Numbered from the stretch's first letter, positions 1-9,880 are shown. The stretch: 64,000 bases of DNA from an uncultured Candidatus Saccharibacteria bacterium (GCA_964626705.1 CAZVGL010000001.1:4441-68440); one strand, 5' to 3'. Translations and numbers: made by a program. Notes: generated by a model from the letters alone, not told the origin.

Positions 1-345
1 AACAGAGTCTGCCACAGCTTCACCTAAGACTTTTATCTCTTTATGTAGCGGAGTGAAAAGCACAGCACGGATGTTATGCTCTCCTCTCGGTAATGGATCT
101 ATATGATGCACTTTATCAAACACCAAACTCACTAAGTTATCATTTATATACAAATGCACATGACCATCTTGCTTGCCTACTATAAAATTTTCAACTTCCA
201 TATTAATATCCCAGCCAGAGCCAGCCTCTACTGCACTTATCTTAATATCAGGTCTGCTTTTTACAACAGTGTTATAACCAAAATACCCAAGATACCCCAC
301 CACAATTATTATTAATACAAGGAAAACTAGATTTATTTTTTTCAT
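1..345 (-). CDS. Partial (runs off window start) membrane-anchored small beta-sandwich protein with GHVHLYIN motif, DUF4399-like
   Basis: Manual translation MKKINLVFLVLIIIVVGYLGYFGY...KQDGHVHLYINDN...LPRGEHNIRAVLFTPLH, open to position 1; not in ORF track. Confidence 0.6.
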   Translation of the reverse strand, partial: MKKINLVFLVLIIIVVGYLGYFGYNTVVKSRPDIKISAVEAGSGWDINMEVENFIVGKQDGHVHLYINDNLVSLVFDKVHHIDPLPRGEHNIRAVLFTPLHKEIKVLGEAVADSV

Positions 346-382
346 ATGCCTTATATTAACATGGTACAGCGTCAAACACACA

Positions 383-413
383 ATAAAACCCGCTTTTTTA
401 TAGCGGGTTTTAT
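383..413. terminator. Intrinsic terminator hairpin at the rpsT 3' end
   Basis: AAAACCCGCT...AGCGGGTTTT inverted repeat. Confidence 0.75.
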
Positions 414-673
414 GCGACTTTATTTATAGATGCAACTAGGCGGGATTTCTTTCTTGCTGCTGTGTTTTTCTTTATGACACCTCTCTTTGCTGCTTTGTCT
501 ATTGCTTTATATGCTTTTGATAGAAGTGCCGTAGCTTCGTCTTTTTTCTTCTCTACAATAAGCTTTTTAATATCTTTAACTACCCCTCTCATTTCAGTGA
601 GTCGACGCACATTAAAGACACGCTTTCGCGCTGAATTTCGTATCGCCTTTTTTGCTGATGATGTTATTGCCAT
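410..673 (-). CDS. rpsT: 30S ribosomal protein S20
   Basis: MAITSSAKKAIR...AYKAIDKAAKRGVIKKNTAARKKSRL; start moved to ATG at 673. Confidence 0.97.
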   Translation of the reverse strand: MAITSSAKKAIRNSARKRVFNVRRLTEMRGVVKDIKKLIVEKKKDEATALLSKAYKAIDKAAKRGVIKKNTAARKKSRLVASINKVA

Positions 674-754
674 ATTTAATCTGCTAAAAGTAGCATAAAT
701 ACCTATAAAACGCAAGGTTTCGACACTTCCTACTTTATCCTTTATACTTAAGAT

Positions 755-1339
755 ATGATAGCTCAACTCAAAGGAGAGGTGGTTGAAATAAAGGGTGGTT
801 TTATAGTGCTTTCTGTTGGCGGAGTAGGCTACAAAGTCAGCACAACACTTGAAACTATCAAAAAAATAAACGAGGCTGATCTTGCAGAGATCGTCATAAA
901 AACATATCTTGCAGTACGTGAAACATCTTTAGATCTCTATGGGTTCTTAAGGAATGAGGAGCTTGAGTTCTTCGAAATGCTCCTATCAGTCTCTGGCATC
1001 GGTCCAAAGTCAGCAATAGGTATTTTAAATGTTGCTGATGTAGAAACACTAAAGACTGCTGTATCTACTGGAGAGAGCTCTTATCTTACAAAGGTTTCAG
1101 GTATCGGCAAAAAGAATGCGGAAAAGATTATCCTCGAACTCCGCGACAAACTCGGCGCGATAGAAACAAAAGAAGACAGTGCGACCATGAAAGAAGAGCT
1201 GGAGACTTTGGAAGCATTACAAACTCTTGGCTACTCCACACGTGACGCCCGTGAAGCAATGCAAAACATAAGCAAAGATGCAGACACACCAAGCAAAAGA
1301 ATAAAAGAAGCACTTAAAATACTCGGCGGACAAAAATAA
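755..1339 (+). CDS. ruvA: Holliday junction branch migration protein RuvA
   Basis: MIAQLKG, GVGY, LYGF, HhH motifs VSGIGPKSA and GIGKKNAEKIILEL, C-terminal ALQTLGYS. Confidence 0.97.
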   Translation: MIAQLKGEVVEIKGGFIVLSVGGVGYKVSTTLETIKKINEADLAEIVIKTYLAVRETSLDLYGFLRNEELEFFEMLLSVSGIGPKSAIGILNVADVETLKTAVSTGESSYLTKVSGIGKKNAEKIILELRDKLGAIETKEDSATMKEELETLEALQTLGYSTRDAREAMQNISKDADTPSKRIKEALKILGGQK

Positions 1340-1582
1340 TTAAAATTTATAAGTATCTTCTTGTTTTCGATCAATAGAAATAATATTTACTACCTTAGTT
1401 TCATCAACAGTAAAAATAATTCTAATTTCTCCTTTTCTAATGCGATACACGTTTGTATATCCTTTAAGTTTTTTATAATTTAAACCTTCAAAATCCTTAT
1501 TTATAATTTTAAAAACCAAATCGTCTATTTTTTCACGATCTTTTATAGAAATCTTTTTGAGAAATTTATCTATTTTATCCAT
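1340..1582 (-). CDS. RelE/ParE-family toxin
   Basis: KKLKGYTNVYRIRKGEIRIIF; overlaps the upstream antitoxin. Confidence 0.85.
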   Translation of the reverse strand: MDKIDKFLKKISIKDREKIDDLVFKIINKDFEGLNYKKLKGYTNVYRIRKGEIRIIFTVDETKVVNIISIDRKQEDTYKF

Positions 1583-1817
1583 TAAGATCTCTTAGCCGTT
1601 TTAGTAAATCCTTTGCAGGAATACCCTTTTTATTAAATTTTGTGAAGTCGGCGACTGTTTCCCACACTCCCTCATCTCCCAGATCATCAATAGGTGTAAT
1701 CTTAAAAATAGGTTTTGACCTACGAACAACAACGAAAGACTTCCCTTTTTTAACTTGAGATATATAGTTTTCAGTATTCCCTCTTAGCTCCTTTAGCCCT
1801 ATGATTGAATTTTTCAT
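1575..1817 (-). CDS. Phd/YefM-family antitoxin
   Basis: IIGLKELR...VKKGKSFVVVRRSKPIFKI prevent-host-death pattern. Confidence 0.85.
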   Translation of the reverse strand: MKNSIIGLKELRGNTENYISQVKKGKSFVVVRRSKPIFKITPIDDLGDEGVWETVADFTKFNKKGIPAKDLLKRLRDLNG

Positions 1818-1903
1818 AACACCCTAAGTTTATCTTAAGATAACCTTTATGTCAAACAAAAAGAGGCAGATAACATTACCTGCCTCTAAACATAAATACT
1901 AAA

Positions 1904-2296
1904 TTAAGTCTCTTCCAGCTTTGGTATAAAGATTTCTCTCCACCATTTTTTTTGTTCCATAGAAAAGATTAGATCCTCTAAACTTTTACTTACAAGCAAA
2001 TAAATATCGTTCATATAAATCGTTCCAGCCTTATAATCACTTATCACACCCACAGCTGTGCACGTGCCCCATCTTTGATACTGAATCCAGTACAAAGTCT
2101 GCATAATTTTGGCGCCGTCTCGCACCATTATTATGCAGGGTGACTCATTACTACTAAATGGTAATGAAAGATATGGTTTGAGATCTTGATATTCATGAAT
2201 TTTATATCTTTGCACATAACTACATAGTTTTTTTATTAGAATTGCTCTGTCAAACTCTATCCCTTCTTGGATATACACATGTATATCTTTTTTCAT
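1904..2296 (-). CDS. Hypothetical protein (SD-led orphan cassette)
   Basis: 130-aa ORF with AAAGGAG upstream; terminator hairpin at 1862-1887. Confidence 0.6.
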   Translation of the reverse strand: MKKDIHVYIQEGIEFDRAILIKKLCSYVQRYKIHEYQDLKPYLSLPFSSNESPCIIMVRDGAKIMQTLYWIQYQRWGTCTAVGVISDYKAGTIYMNDIYLLVSKSLEDLIFSMEQKKWWREIFIPKLEET

Positions 2297-2314
2297 CTTC
2301 TTTTCTCCTTTCTA

Positions 2315-2758
2315 TTAATTTCTATGTTCTTTCGCAATAATCATGTATGCTAGTATTTTTTCCAATACACCATCTTCACAACTACAACAACCAGGAGTTT
2401 CTAGTAAGGCTTTGATTTCTTTATCACTCTCAAGAAAATCAGAAATATCTTCATTGAAAGATACTGAGCCAGTAAGATAATGTATTGATATTTTTTTACC
2501 AAACCTATCCAATAACAAACTTATCTTGTAATCAATAGAGCATCCGCAACTTATAAACCACACTCGCCTTCCGTTTTTATTTTTTTGCTCTAGTTCCCCT
2601 ATTATTTCTTCCAGAGGAAGAAGGTTATCTTCTGCACCAGGACGAGACTTTCTGACCTCAATCGTGTCTGCATAAACAAATACATCTTTTTTTAAGGTTT
2701 TAAAATCATAAATTTTATCCTCTTTGTGTGGATTATGTATAACTTGTATTTTGGCCAT
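2315..2758 (-). CDS. Hypothetical protein (SD-led orphan cassette)
   Basis: 147-aa ORF with AAGGAGAAGGAG SD and a TTGACA...TATAAT promoter at about 2806-2835 (minus). Confidence 0.6.
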   Translation of the reverse strand: MAKIQVIHNPHKEDKIYDFKTLKKDVFVYADTIEVRKSRPGAEDNLLPLEEIIGELEQKNKNGRRVWFISCGCSIDYKISLLLDRFGKKISIHYLTGSVSFNEDISDFLESDKEIKALLETPGCCSCEDGVLEKILAYMIIAKEHRN

Positions 2759-2949
2759 TTCTCCTTCTCCTTTATATTAATTTCAATATTCTTTATATTC
2801 TACCTATATTATACACTTGTTTGATAGAATGTCAAACAAAATAGTATAATTTCTTTATGTTTTGTCTGAAAAGATACTATATTGTATAAAATATAAAAAA
2901 ATAGTAGTATTAAATTATACTTTAATACACCCTTTTAACGACATGAGAT

Positions 2950-3984
2950 ATGAAAAAAGAGCTATCAGAATTAGACAAAAAAATACTCTACGAACTTGAC
3001 CAAGAAGGTCGCGAAAGCTTTGCCAGAATTGCCAAGACAATAGGCACCACCACACAAGTGGTTAAATATCATTACGATAAACTTATTGATAGCGGGGTTA
3101 TCAAGCACTTTTGGGCATTTGTTGACTATGATAAAGCAGGATATTCATTTTTCTGGGGATATTGGCTAAAATTCAGCGGACTCACAAAAGAAGCCGAAGA
3201 AGAAATGTATGCTGACTTCAAAACAAACGGGCATATACCCATAGTCATGCGTTGTGATGGATATGCTGATGCATTGCTAGGAATAATAGGTAAAGATATA
3301 TCTCATCATAATAAAGTCTTGGAGGACGTGTTCGCTAAGTATGGAAAATATATAACAATGAGCGACATTGTCGTTGGACTTGGCTTTATTAAGTTTCCAC
3401 GCTCATACTTGATTGGAAAAGAAAATAAAGTTGGCTCTTTTGTTGTTTCAGGTAGCACAGAAAAGATAAAAAATCTTTCCGAAGTAGATAAAAAGATAAT
3501 ATCTCTCTTGCAAGAAGACGGGAGGATGGATTTTACCCAAATCGCAAAGATTTTAGGAGTATCTGTAGGATTAGTACACAAACATTATTATAATCTAGTA
3601 GAAAAAGGTGTTATCACTAAAATCACATACACTCTTGATTATGAAAAAATCGGAATGGTTTTTTATAGAGTACTTTTCAAAATAATTCAGTATAATAAAG
3701 AAGAAATAGACCGTTTATACAAATTTTGTGAACTACATCCAAATATAATAAACTATGTTAAAGTTATGGGTGATTGGCAGTTAATACTTGATGTAGAAAT
3801 AGAAAGTCGTGACAAACTAAGAGACATGCTGAGGCAGATTAAAAACGATTTTAGAAGCATTGTTTATCAAATAGAAATTAACGAGATATACAAAATAGAT
3901 AAATTTACACAAATGGCTGTGGAGTATCCCGAACTAGGAAAACCCAAGCAACATACTTATCCAATACCAAACATAGAAAAATAA
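2950..3984 (+). CDS. Tandem-duplicated Lrp/AsnC-family transcriptional regulator
   Basis: Two HTH+RAM halves: LSELDKKILYELDQEGRESFARIAK and LSEVDKKIISLLQEDGRMDFTQIAK. Confidence 0.85.
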   Translation: MKKELSELDKKILYELDQEGRESFARIAKTIGTTTQVVKYHYDKLIDSGVIKHFWAFVDYDKAGYSFFWGYWLKFSGLTKEAEEEMYADFKTNGHIPIVMRCDGYADALLGIIGKDISHHNKVLEDVFAKYGKYITMSDIVVGLGFIKFPRSYLIGKENKVGSFVVSGSTEKIKNLSEVDKKIISLLQEDGRMDFTQIAKILGVSVGLVHKHYYNLVEKGVITKITYTLDYEKIGMVFYRVLFKIIQYNKEEIDRLYKFCELHPNIINYVKVMGDWQLILDVEIESRDKLRDMLRQIKNDFRSIVYQIEINEIYKIDKFTQMAVEYPELGKPKQHTYPIPNIEK

Positions 3985-3985
3985 C

Positions 3986-5254
3986 ATGGAAACTATACTA
4001 AACATAGGGAGGAAAATAATACCAAAGAGTGTTTTTAAAACAGCACAGCCTGTGTACCATTTTTTGCTTGCTTTAGCTGGTGCAATATATTATAAATTCC
4101 CTTCTAGAAAGGTTTTTGTTATAGCTGTGACTGGCACAAAAGGAAAGACAAGCGTAACAGAAATGATAAACGAAATATTAAGAGAAGCTGGTCACAAGAC
4201 AGCACTTCTAAATACTATTCATTTCAAGATCGGGGACAAAGAAGAAAGAAATTTATTTAAGATGACAATGCCAGGGCGGTTTTTCATACAGCGTTTTATA
4301 AGAGAAGCAGTAGATGCAAAATGTAAATATGTAGTAATGGAGATGACATCAGAAGGTGTAAAACAGTTCAGACACAAGTTTATAGCACTCGATGCGCTTA
4401 TATTTACAAACATAGCACCTGAGCACATAGAGTCACACGGTTCGTTTGAAAACTATTTAAATGCAAAATTAGAGATAGCACATGCTCTTGAGAGCTCTCC
4501 AAAGAAAAACAAAACTGTAATAGCAAACAATGACGACGAATACGGTGGGAAGTTTTTAAATATTAATGTACAAAATAAAATACCATTATCTCTTAAGAAT
4601 GCGGAGCCGTATATGCTATCTGAGAAGTTTACCGAAGTAACATTTGACGGAATAAAAATGCACTTAAAGCTTGTCGGGGAATTCAATATATACAACACAC
4701 TTTCCGCCATGTCTTTTGCAAAAAGCCAAGGTATAGACATATTAACAACACGTACTGCAATTGAAAAATTTATTGGTGCCAAAGGAAGAGTTGAGAGAGT
4801 GGAAGAAGGGCAAAACTTCACAGTGATAGTAGACTACGCACATACAAAAGAATCCCTAGAGGAACTATACAAAACATTTGATAAGTCTGACAAAGTTTGT
4901 GTATTAGGGAACACTGGTGGCGGTAGAGATAAATGGAAACGTCCAGAGATGGCAAGTATTGCGGAAAAGTATTGTAAGCATATTATCCTCACAAATGAAG
5001 ACCCTTATGACGAAGACCCTATGCAAATATTAAAAGAAATGGCGATAGGAATAAAAGACAAGAAGCCAGAAATAATACTAGACAGGAGGAAAGCTATAAA
5101 AAAAGCATTCACATTAGCTAAAGAAAACGATATAGTATTAATAACAGGAAAAGGTACGGACCCTTATATAATGGAAGCAAAAAGAAAGAAGACACCTTGG
5201 AGTGACGTAGAGGTGGCGCGTGAAGAATTAAATAAATACATTTTTAAATCTTAA
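3986..5254 (+). CDS. murE: UDP-N-acetylmuramyl-tripeptide synthetase (Mur ligase)
   Basis: VTGTKGKTS, EMTSEG, DYAH, GGGRDKWKRP, LTNEDPYDEDP, ITGKG. Confidence 0.9.
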   Translation: METILNIGRKIIPKSVFKTAQPVYHFLLALAGAIYYKFPSRKVFVIAVTGTKGKTSVTEMINEILREAGHKTALLNTIHFKIGDKEERNLFKMTMPGRFFIQRFIREAVDAKCKYVVMEMTSEGVKQFRHKFIALDALIFTNIAPEHIESHGSFENYLNAKLEIAHALESSPKKNKTVIANNDDEYGGKFLNINVQNKIPLSLKNAEPYMLSEKFTEVTFDGIKMHLKLVGEFNIYNTLSAMSFAKSQGIDILTTRTAIEKFIGAKGRVERVEEGQNFTVIVDYAHTKESLEELYKTFDKSDKVCVLGNTGGGRDKWKRPEMASIAEKYCKHIILTNEDPYDEDPMQILKEMAIGIKDKKPEIILDRRKAIKKAFTLAKENDIVLITGKGTDPYIMEAKRKKTPWSDVEVAREELNKYIFKS

Positions 5255-5267
5255 ATATAATAAAATC

Positions 5268-6215
5268 ATGGGAGCAAAATCAGACTTAATATTTGTAATA
5301 CTTGTTATCGTAGCACTCGGTTTTGTGTGGGTGTTTACTGGAGGGCCTGAGCGTGCTCGCAACCAAGGAGTTTTTATAAAACCACCTGCTCCACTTGATT
5401 CTGGAGAAACATACGGAAAAATAAACGTGGTAAGATCTTCTGTTAATGTGGATCTTGACGGAAGTGGGAATGGAGGTGTACAAGTTGGTACGTCTGACGG
5501 AAACGGAAACAGTGGTGCTGAAGTTAATCCAAGCTCTTCAGAATTTGAAAACAAGGTAAGTATTAAAAGTAGCTCGACAGGACCTAGGAAAAGCTCTCCT
5601 TTGGAAGAATATATCACTTTGTCTGCATCAAGCAGGAACAATGAAAAGATTTCAATAACAGGATGGAAACTTGAAAGTATAATCTCAAAGAAACAAGCTA
5701 CAATAGGTGGCGCAACTGAAGTATATATATCAGGATTGGTAAACTCTGAACCTACACTCAAACTAGCACCAGGTGAAACCGTAATAATATCGACAGGGCT
5801 CTCTCCTATCGGTGCATCTTTTAAAGTCAACAAATGTAGTGGTTACCAAGAACAGTTCCAAGACTTCTTCCCCAAATTATCCAAAAAGTGCCCCTACCCA
5901 GACGACGAGTTTGACGATATCGCTTTAAGTATCCCCTCAACAGACAATAAATGCGAAGATTTTGTAGACAGTATTAGCAGATGTGAGATGGAGCTTACAG
6001 CCTTCCCTGCCGGCGTATCAAGTCAGTGTACTGAATTTGTTTCAAACACTATAAACTATTCAGGTTGTGTTAAAAACCATAGAGATGACCTAAACTTTTT
6101 TACAAAAGAGTGGAGAGTCTTTCTAAAGAAAGATAGTGAACTCTGGAGAGCAAAACGCGAAACCATAAGACTTATAGATAACGACGGCAAAGTCGTTGAT
6201 ACGTATACGTATTAA
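5268..6215 (+). CDS. Membrane-anchored protein with lamin-tail-like domain
   Basis: N-terminal TM; EEYITL...ISITGWKL...LAPGETVII...ETIRLIDNDGKVVDTYTY. Confidence 0.6.
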   Translation: MGAKSDLIFVILVIVALGFVWVFTGGPERARNQGVFIKPPAPLDSGETYGKINVVRSSVNVDLDGSGNGGVQVGTSDGNGNSGAEVNPSSSEFENKVSIKSSSTGPRKSSPLEEYITLSASSRNNEKISITGWKLESIISKKQATIGGATEVYISGLVNSEPTLKLAPGETVIISTGLSPIGASFKVNKCSGYQEQFQDFFPKLSKKCPYPDDEFDDIALSIPSTDNKCEDFVDSISRCEMELTAFPAGVSSQCTEFVSNTINYSGCVKNHRDDLNFFTKEWRVFLKKDSELWRAKRETIRLIDNDGKVVDTYTY

Positions 6216-6685
6216 ATATTTAATACTCTAAACAAAAACACTCCTGCCGTCACAGACACGTTGAGTGATTCTTTTTTGCCTAACATTTTTATTTGTGAGA
6301 TTTGATCACTTTTTTCTAAAATAGATTTGGAAAGCCCCTTCACTTCGTTTCCAAAAATAAACGCTGTAGAAGAATTTATTTTTACTTTTTTATAATCAAC
6401 TGCATCATTAGCTTGCTCAACTGCTACGATTGCAGTTTTTTCTTTCTTCAATTTATTTATTACAGGATTAACTGTTTTAAAATGCTCCCATTCTATATTT
6501 TTCTGTGCACCAAGTGCAGTTTTTGCAATATCGCTTCGCTCTCGTCCAAACCGATCAACTGGTGTAGGAGTATAGCCAGTAAGATATATTTTAGAAATAC
6601 CAGCAGCGTCAGCAGTCCTAAAAATAGAGCCCACGTTCTGCACGCTTCTTATATTGTGGAGTATTATGTATGTTTTATTATCCAT
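6212..6685 (-). CDS. SpoU/TrmH-family RNA methyltransferase
   Basis: LHNIRSVQNVGSIFRTADA, FGNEVKG, ESLNVSV. Confidence 0.92.
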   Translation of the reverse strand: MDNKTYIILHNIRSVQNVGSIFRTADAAGISKIYLTGYTPTPVDRFGRERSDIAKTALGAQKNIEWEHFKTVNPVINKLKKEKTAIVAVEQANDAVDYKKVKINSSTAFIFGNEVKGLSKSILEKSDQISQIKMLGKKESLNVSVTAGVFLFRVLNI

Positions 6686-6730
6686 AAACCAATATTACAC
6701 TCATAAATAAAAAATGCTACAATATTATTA

Positions 6731-7144
6731 ATGTTAAATATATTCCCAGACTTATTGTTTTTACAACTTCTCGCGCCATTCTTATTACGTGTTGCAGTAG
6801 GTGCTATGCTCTTTTGGATAGGATATTCTTATATATTTAAAGATAGAGTTGCAACAATAACACAGCTTAAAACAAAATTTCCAAGACTAGCATCTTTTGC
6901 TGTGTGGTCTGGTGGAATAATAGAGATGGTCGCTGGAATATTTCTAGTAGCAGGGCTTTTCACACAAGGTGTTGCAATAGCTGGAGCACTCATTGCAATA
7001 GACGCACTATTCGCAAAGATTTTATACAGAGACTTAGATAAAGTAGTTAAGTACAGCAAGATGTTTTATATCTTAGTACTTATAATATCTCTATCACTCA
7101 TATTCTCCGGCGCCGGAGCCTTTGCAATTGATTTACCGTTATAG
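6731..7144 (+). CDS. DoxX-family membrane protein
   Basis: LLRVAVG, GIFLVAGLFTQ, GAGAFAID. Confidence 0.85.
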   Translation: MLNIFPDLLFLQLLAPFLLRVAVGAMLFWIGYSYIFKDRVATITQLKTKFPRLASFAVWSGGIIEMVAGIFLVAGLFTQGVAIAGALIAIDALFAKILYRDLDKVVKYSKMFYILVLIISLSLIFSGAGAFAIDLPL

Positions 7145-7206
7145 AAAAATCACCCGCAACAACGTTAGTTGTGCGAGTGATGTTGATACATATTTTTGAG
7201 TCAGAG

Positions 7207-7692
7207 TCAGATAGTCATTTCTCTTATCTTTTTAATTATAAGACTTGCAGACACCTCTTCTTTAGTATAACGAGGAAAAATATTTATATTCGTTCTATAT
7301 GAATATTTTTTTATGGTATTACTCCACCGTTCAATTTTGTCTGCAACCACACCTCCTCCAAAAACAACACTGTCGGGCTGTAATAGACTTATGGTTTCAT
7401 GCCCATTAGGATTTATACATGCTATAAATACATAATCAACAACTATCATACTTGCAAGCATTACAGCTCTCTGTTTTTCATTTATGATTGGTCGTCCTGA
7501 TTTTTTATACCCTCGTATATTCTCATCAGAAAGAACTGCCACCACTAGCAGATCTTCAAGACTACTGGCGTATTCAAGAAGGTGAACATGTCCTACATGA
7601 AGAAGGTCGAAACACCCTCCAACCAGAGTAAATGTTTTATTCTTTGGTATAATCTTTTTTAGATCACCAACATTTTCAATAATTTTTTTCAC
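7207..7692 (-). CDS. Cytidylyl/adenylyltransferase (RfaE2/TagD-like, HxGH)
   Basis: GGCFDLLHVGH, KKSGRPII, VDYV. Confidence 0.85.
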   Translation of the reverse strand: MKKIIENVGDLKKIIPKNKTFTLVGGCFDLLHVGHVHLLEYASSLEDLLVVAVLSDENIRGYKKSGRPIINEKQRAVMLASMIVVDYVFIACINPNGHETISLLQPDSVVFGGGVVADKIERWSNTIKKYSYRTNINIFPRYTKEEVSASLIIKKIREMTI

Positions 7693-7737
7693 AACTACCT
7701 CCTAGTAAAAATTATTTTATAATACTATAATCTAACT

Positions 7738-8211
7738 ATGCTAAAAAAATATACAGACAAGGAGTATGCTAATATGCTTCCAAAGAAACAAGTAGGAACT
7801 GCTGTTTTGTTTTTTAATACAAAAGGAGAACTACTTATACTCAAACCTAACTATAAAGATGGGTGGTTGATACCCGGAGGATCAACAGATGAAAATGAAT
7901 CACCACTACACTGTGCTATCCGAGAAACCAAAGAAGAAACAGGTCTTGACATCCAAGAGTTAAAATTAGTCGGTATATATTACGCTCAAAAAAAGGGATA
8001 TTTTTCAGATTCACTAAAATTCCTTTTCAATGGCGGTGTATTAACCGATAAACAAATTTCTGAAATACAATTAGCAGCTGACGAACTAGAAGAATTTACC
8101 TTTTTTTCAAAAGAAAAAGCGATACCTATTTTGTCTAATAGCTTGCAAAAAAGTGTGCCCCAATGTATCGAAGCAATCAAAAATAAGACTACCGCGTATA
8201 TAGAAAACTAA
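7738..8211 (+). CDS. NUDIX hydrolase
   Basis: Nudix box GGSTDENESPLHCAIRETKEETGL. Confidence 0.92.
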   Translation: MLKKYTDKEYANMLPKKQVGTAVLFFNTKGELLILKPNYKDGWLIPGGSTDENESPLHCAIRETKEETGLDIQELKLVGIYYAQKKGYFSDSLKFLFNGGVLTDKQISEIQLAADELEEFTFFSKEKAIPILSNSLQKSVPQCIEAIKNKTTAYIEN

Positions 8212-8212
8212 C

Positions 8213-8782
8213 CTAATTACCTTCTTCTCTAACAAAATCCTTGGACCATGGAAAACAATAGTTTCCTGCTGGAAGTATTGAGAAATCAGACTCTACATTT
8301 GAAACAAAAGTAAGTGTTGCAACCCTAACTTCTGAAACAAAGCGTTCCTGAAAATACCTTACTGCAACAGCTAATGTTGCACCAGTATGGACCGAATCAT
8401 CAACAATAAGAATTTTCTTACCAGAAATATCAAAATCAAGATTTATTGAAACCACAGGTTTAACTGTATGAAAAAGATAGTGGTGATATACACTCATTAT
8501 CCATCTCAAAGGTATTGGATCTCTGTTGTACATACGTCCAATGTTAATATCTCTACGAATAGTGATATGTTTAACTGGAACACCTAAATCCTTAGCGACA
8601 AGATCTCCAGGCACAGAGCCTCCGGTATCAATAGCAATCACCAAATCTGGCGTATACACCTTCTCTACTTCTCTAGCTAGGCTAGTACAATAAATTACTA
8701 CCTTTTCTTCAGAGATTCTTTTCCGAGCTTTATCAGCAAACATATCTTGCAATGCATTTATTATCTTAGAGATTTTCACCAC
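8213..8782 (-). CDS. Type I phosphoribosyltransferase
   Basis: PRPP motif ILIVDDSVHTGATL; C-terminal FPW. Confidence 0.85.
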   Translation of the reverse strand: MVKISKIINALQDMFADKARKRISEEKVVIYCTSLAREVEKVYTPDLVIAIDTGGSVPGDLVAKDLGVPVKHITIRRDINIGRMYNRDPIPLRWIMSVYHHYLFHTVKPVVSINLDFDISGKKILIVDDSVHTGATLAVAVRYFQERFVSEVRVATLTFVSNVESDFSILPAGNYCFPWSKDFVREEGN

Positions 8783-8964
8783 TTCCTCCTATTTTTTTTG
8801 AAAGAACAAGATTAATCAACTTTTAATTAACTTTTTTAATATAACACATAATTTACTTTCTGTAAACTTACTGATTGTTAACCGGTAGGAATTTTGATCC
8901 TTACAGGATCAGTACAGTTTTCGCATCGTACTCGCTAAAAGCTCCGTGCGACACACTCAAACTT

Positions 8965-9068
8965 TTCAAATCCTACACAAGAGCTTTGCTCTTTCGGGCG
9001 GACAGCATAATAAAAAACTCCCTACTTAGGGAGTTTTTTATTATGCTGTCCGCCCGGTAGGATTTGAA
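8965..9068. repeat. Inverted repeat (41-bp arms, one interrupted by an 18-nt hairpin insert) incorporating the tRNA-Lys 3' end
   Basis: TTCAAATCCTAC[18 nt]CGGGCGGACAGCATAATAAAAAACTCCCT is the reverse complement of 9028-9068. Confidence 0.9.
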
Positions 9069-9121
9069 CCTACGACATTCTCCTTAAAAGGGAGCTGCTC
9101 TACCAACTGAGCTACGGGCGG
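9049..9121 (-). tRNA. tRNA-Lys(UUU), CCA not encoded
   Basis: Acceptor CCGCCCG/CGGGCGG, D-arm AGCTCAGTTGGTAGAGC, anticodon loop CTTTTAA, T-loop TTCAAAT. Confidence 0.93.
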
Positions 9122-9163
9122 ATACAAATAGAACTATACAACATATAGCGATTATATTCAATT

Positions 9164-9880
9164 TTATATCCCCAAGATAAACCTCTCCATTGCACTATCC
9201 ATCTCATGTACACCACGACGAGTATCGTGATAAAGAGATATTAGAGAAAAAGAAAGCTTTCTAAGCTCACTTTCTGAATAATTTTTTACAAATCCTAGAG
9301 ACTTTCTAAATACAAACGGATTAAGCCCAGACTCTTTAGCGTCTTTTGTATTGAGCGATAGCAACATACTTTTAACCTGCCAAAACAGTATGCCGTGTAC
9401 TTCTTCATCAGAAACATTGTTCATCTTCGCTTTTTGATACAAGACCCAAAGATTTTTCTTATCTCTCTTCCCCAAGGCTTCTGTTAAAGAAAAGATATCA
9501 AACTTTTTCTTTTTTTCTATTTCAACACCGACAAATTCCTGAATCTTCTCGGCATATTTTTCAAATTTATTTAATTCTGTTTTGTTTAACTTTTCTTCTA
9601 AGAAAATAAAGATATTTTCAGACTTTGAAATCTCTTTCAAACTTTTTAACAAAACTTCTTTTACTTTTTTATCTAAAAACAGATTATCGAAAACTATTAT
9701 ATATTTATTTGTAAAAAGTCCTTGCCCTCCTACGAATTCGTCTAACCTACTCTCATCAAACTCTCCTGCCTCTACACGTACAAACGATGCGTCTGGTTTT
9801 TTTGCAAACATACTACCCAAAAGTGAGTGTAGTTTTTCCCTAGATTTTATTATATCTGTACCGTGGAGAAGATATATCAT
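9164..9880 (-). CDS. holA: DNA polymerase III delta subunit (short form)
   Basis: MIYLLHG, QGLF, FDIFSLTEAL, ILFWQV, GLNPFVFRK; start ATG at 9880 overlaps the polA stop. Confidence 0.75.
   Translation of the reverse strand: MIYLLHGTDIIKSREKLHSLLGSMFAKKPDASFVRVEAGEFDESRLDEFVGGQGLFTNKYIIVFDNLFLDKKVKEVLLKSLKEISKSENIFIFLEEKLNKTELNKFEKYAEKIQEFVGVEIEKKKKFDIFSLTEALGKRDKKNLWVLYQKAKMNNVSDEEVHGILFWQVKSMLLSLNTKDAKESGLNPFVFRKSLGFVKNYSESELRKLSFSLISLYHDTRRGVHEMDSAMERFILGI

Noticed and set aside
8875-9060. 61-aa ORF; also 37462-37692 and 38346-38555
   Set aside because: Overlap tRNA genes or the palindrome on the opposite strand; spurious
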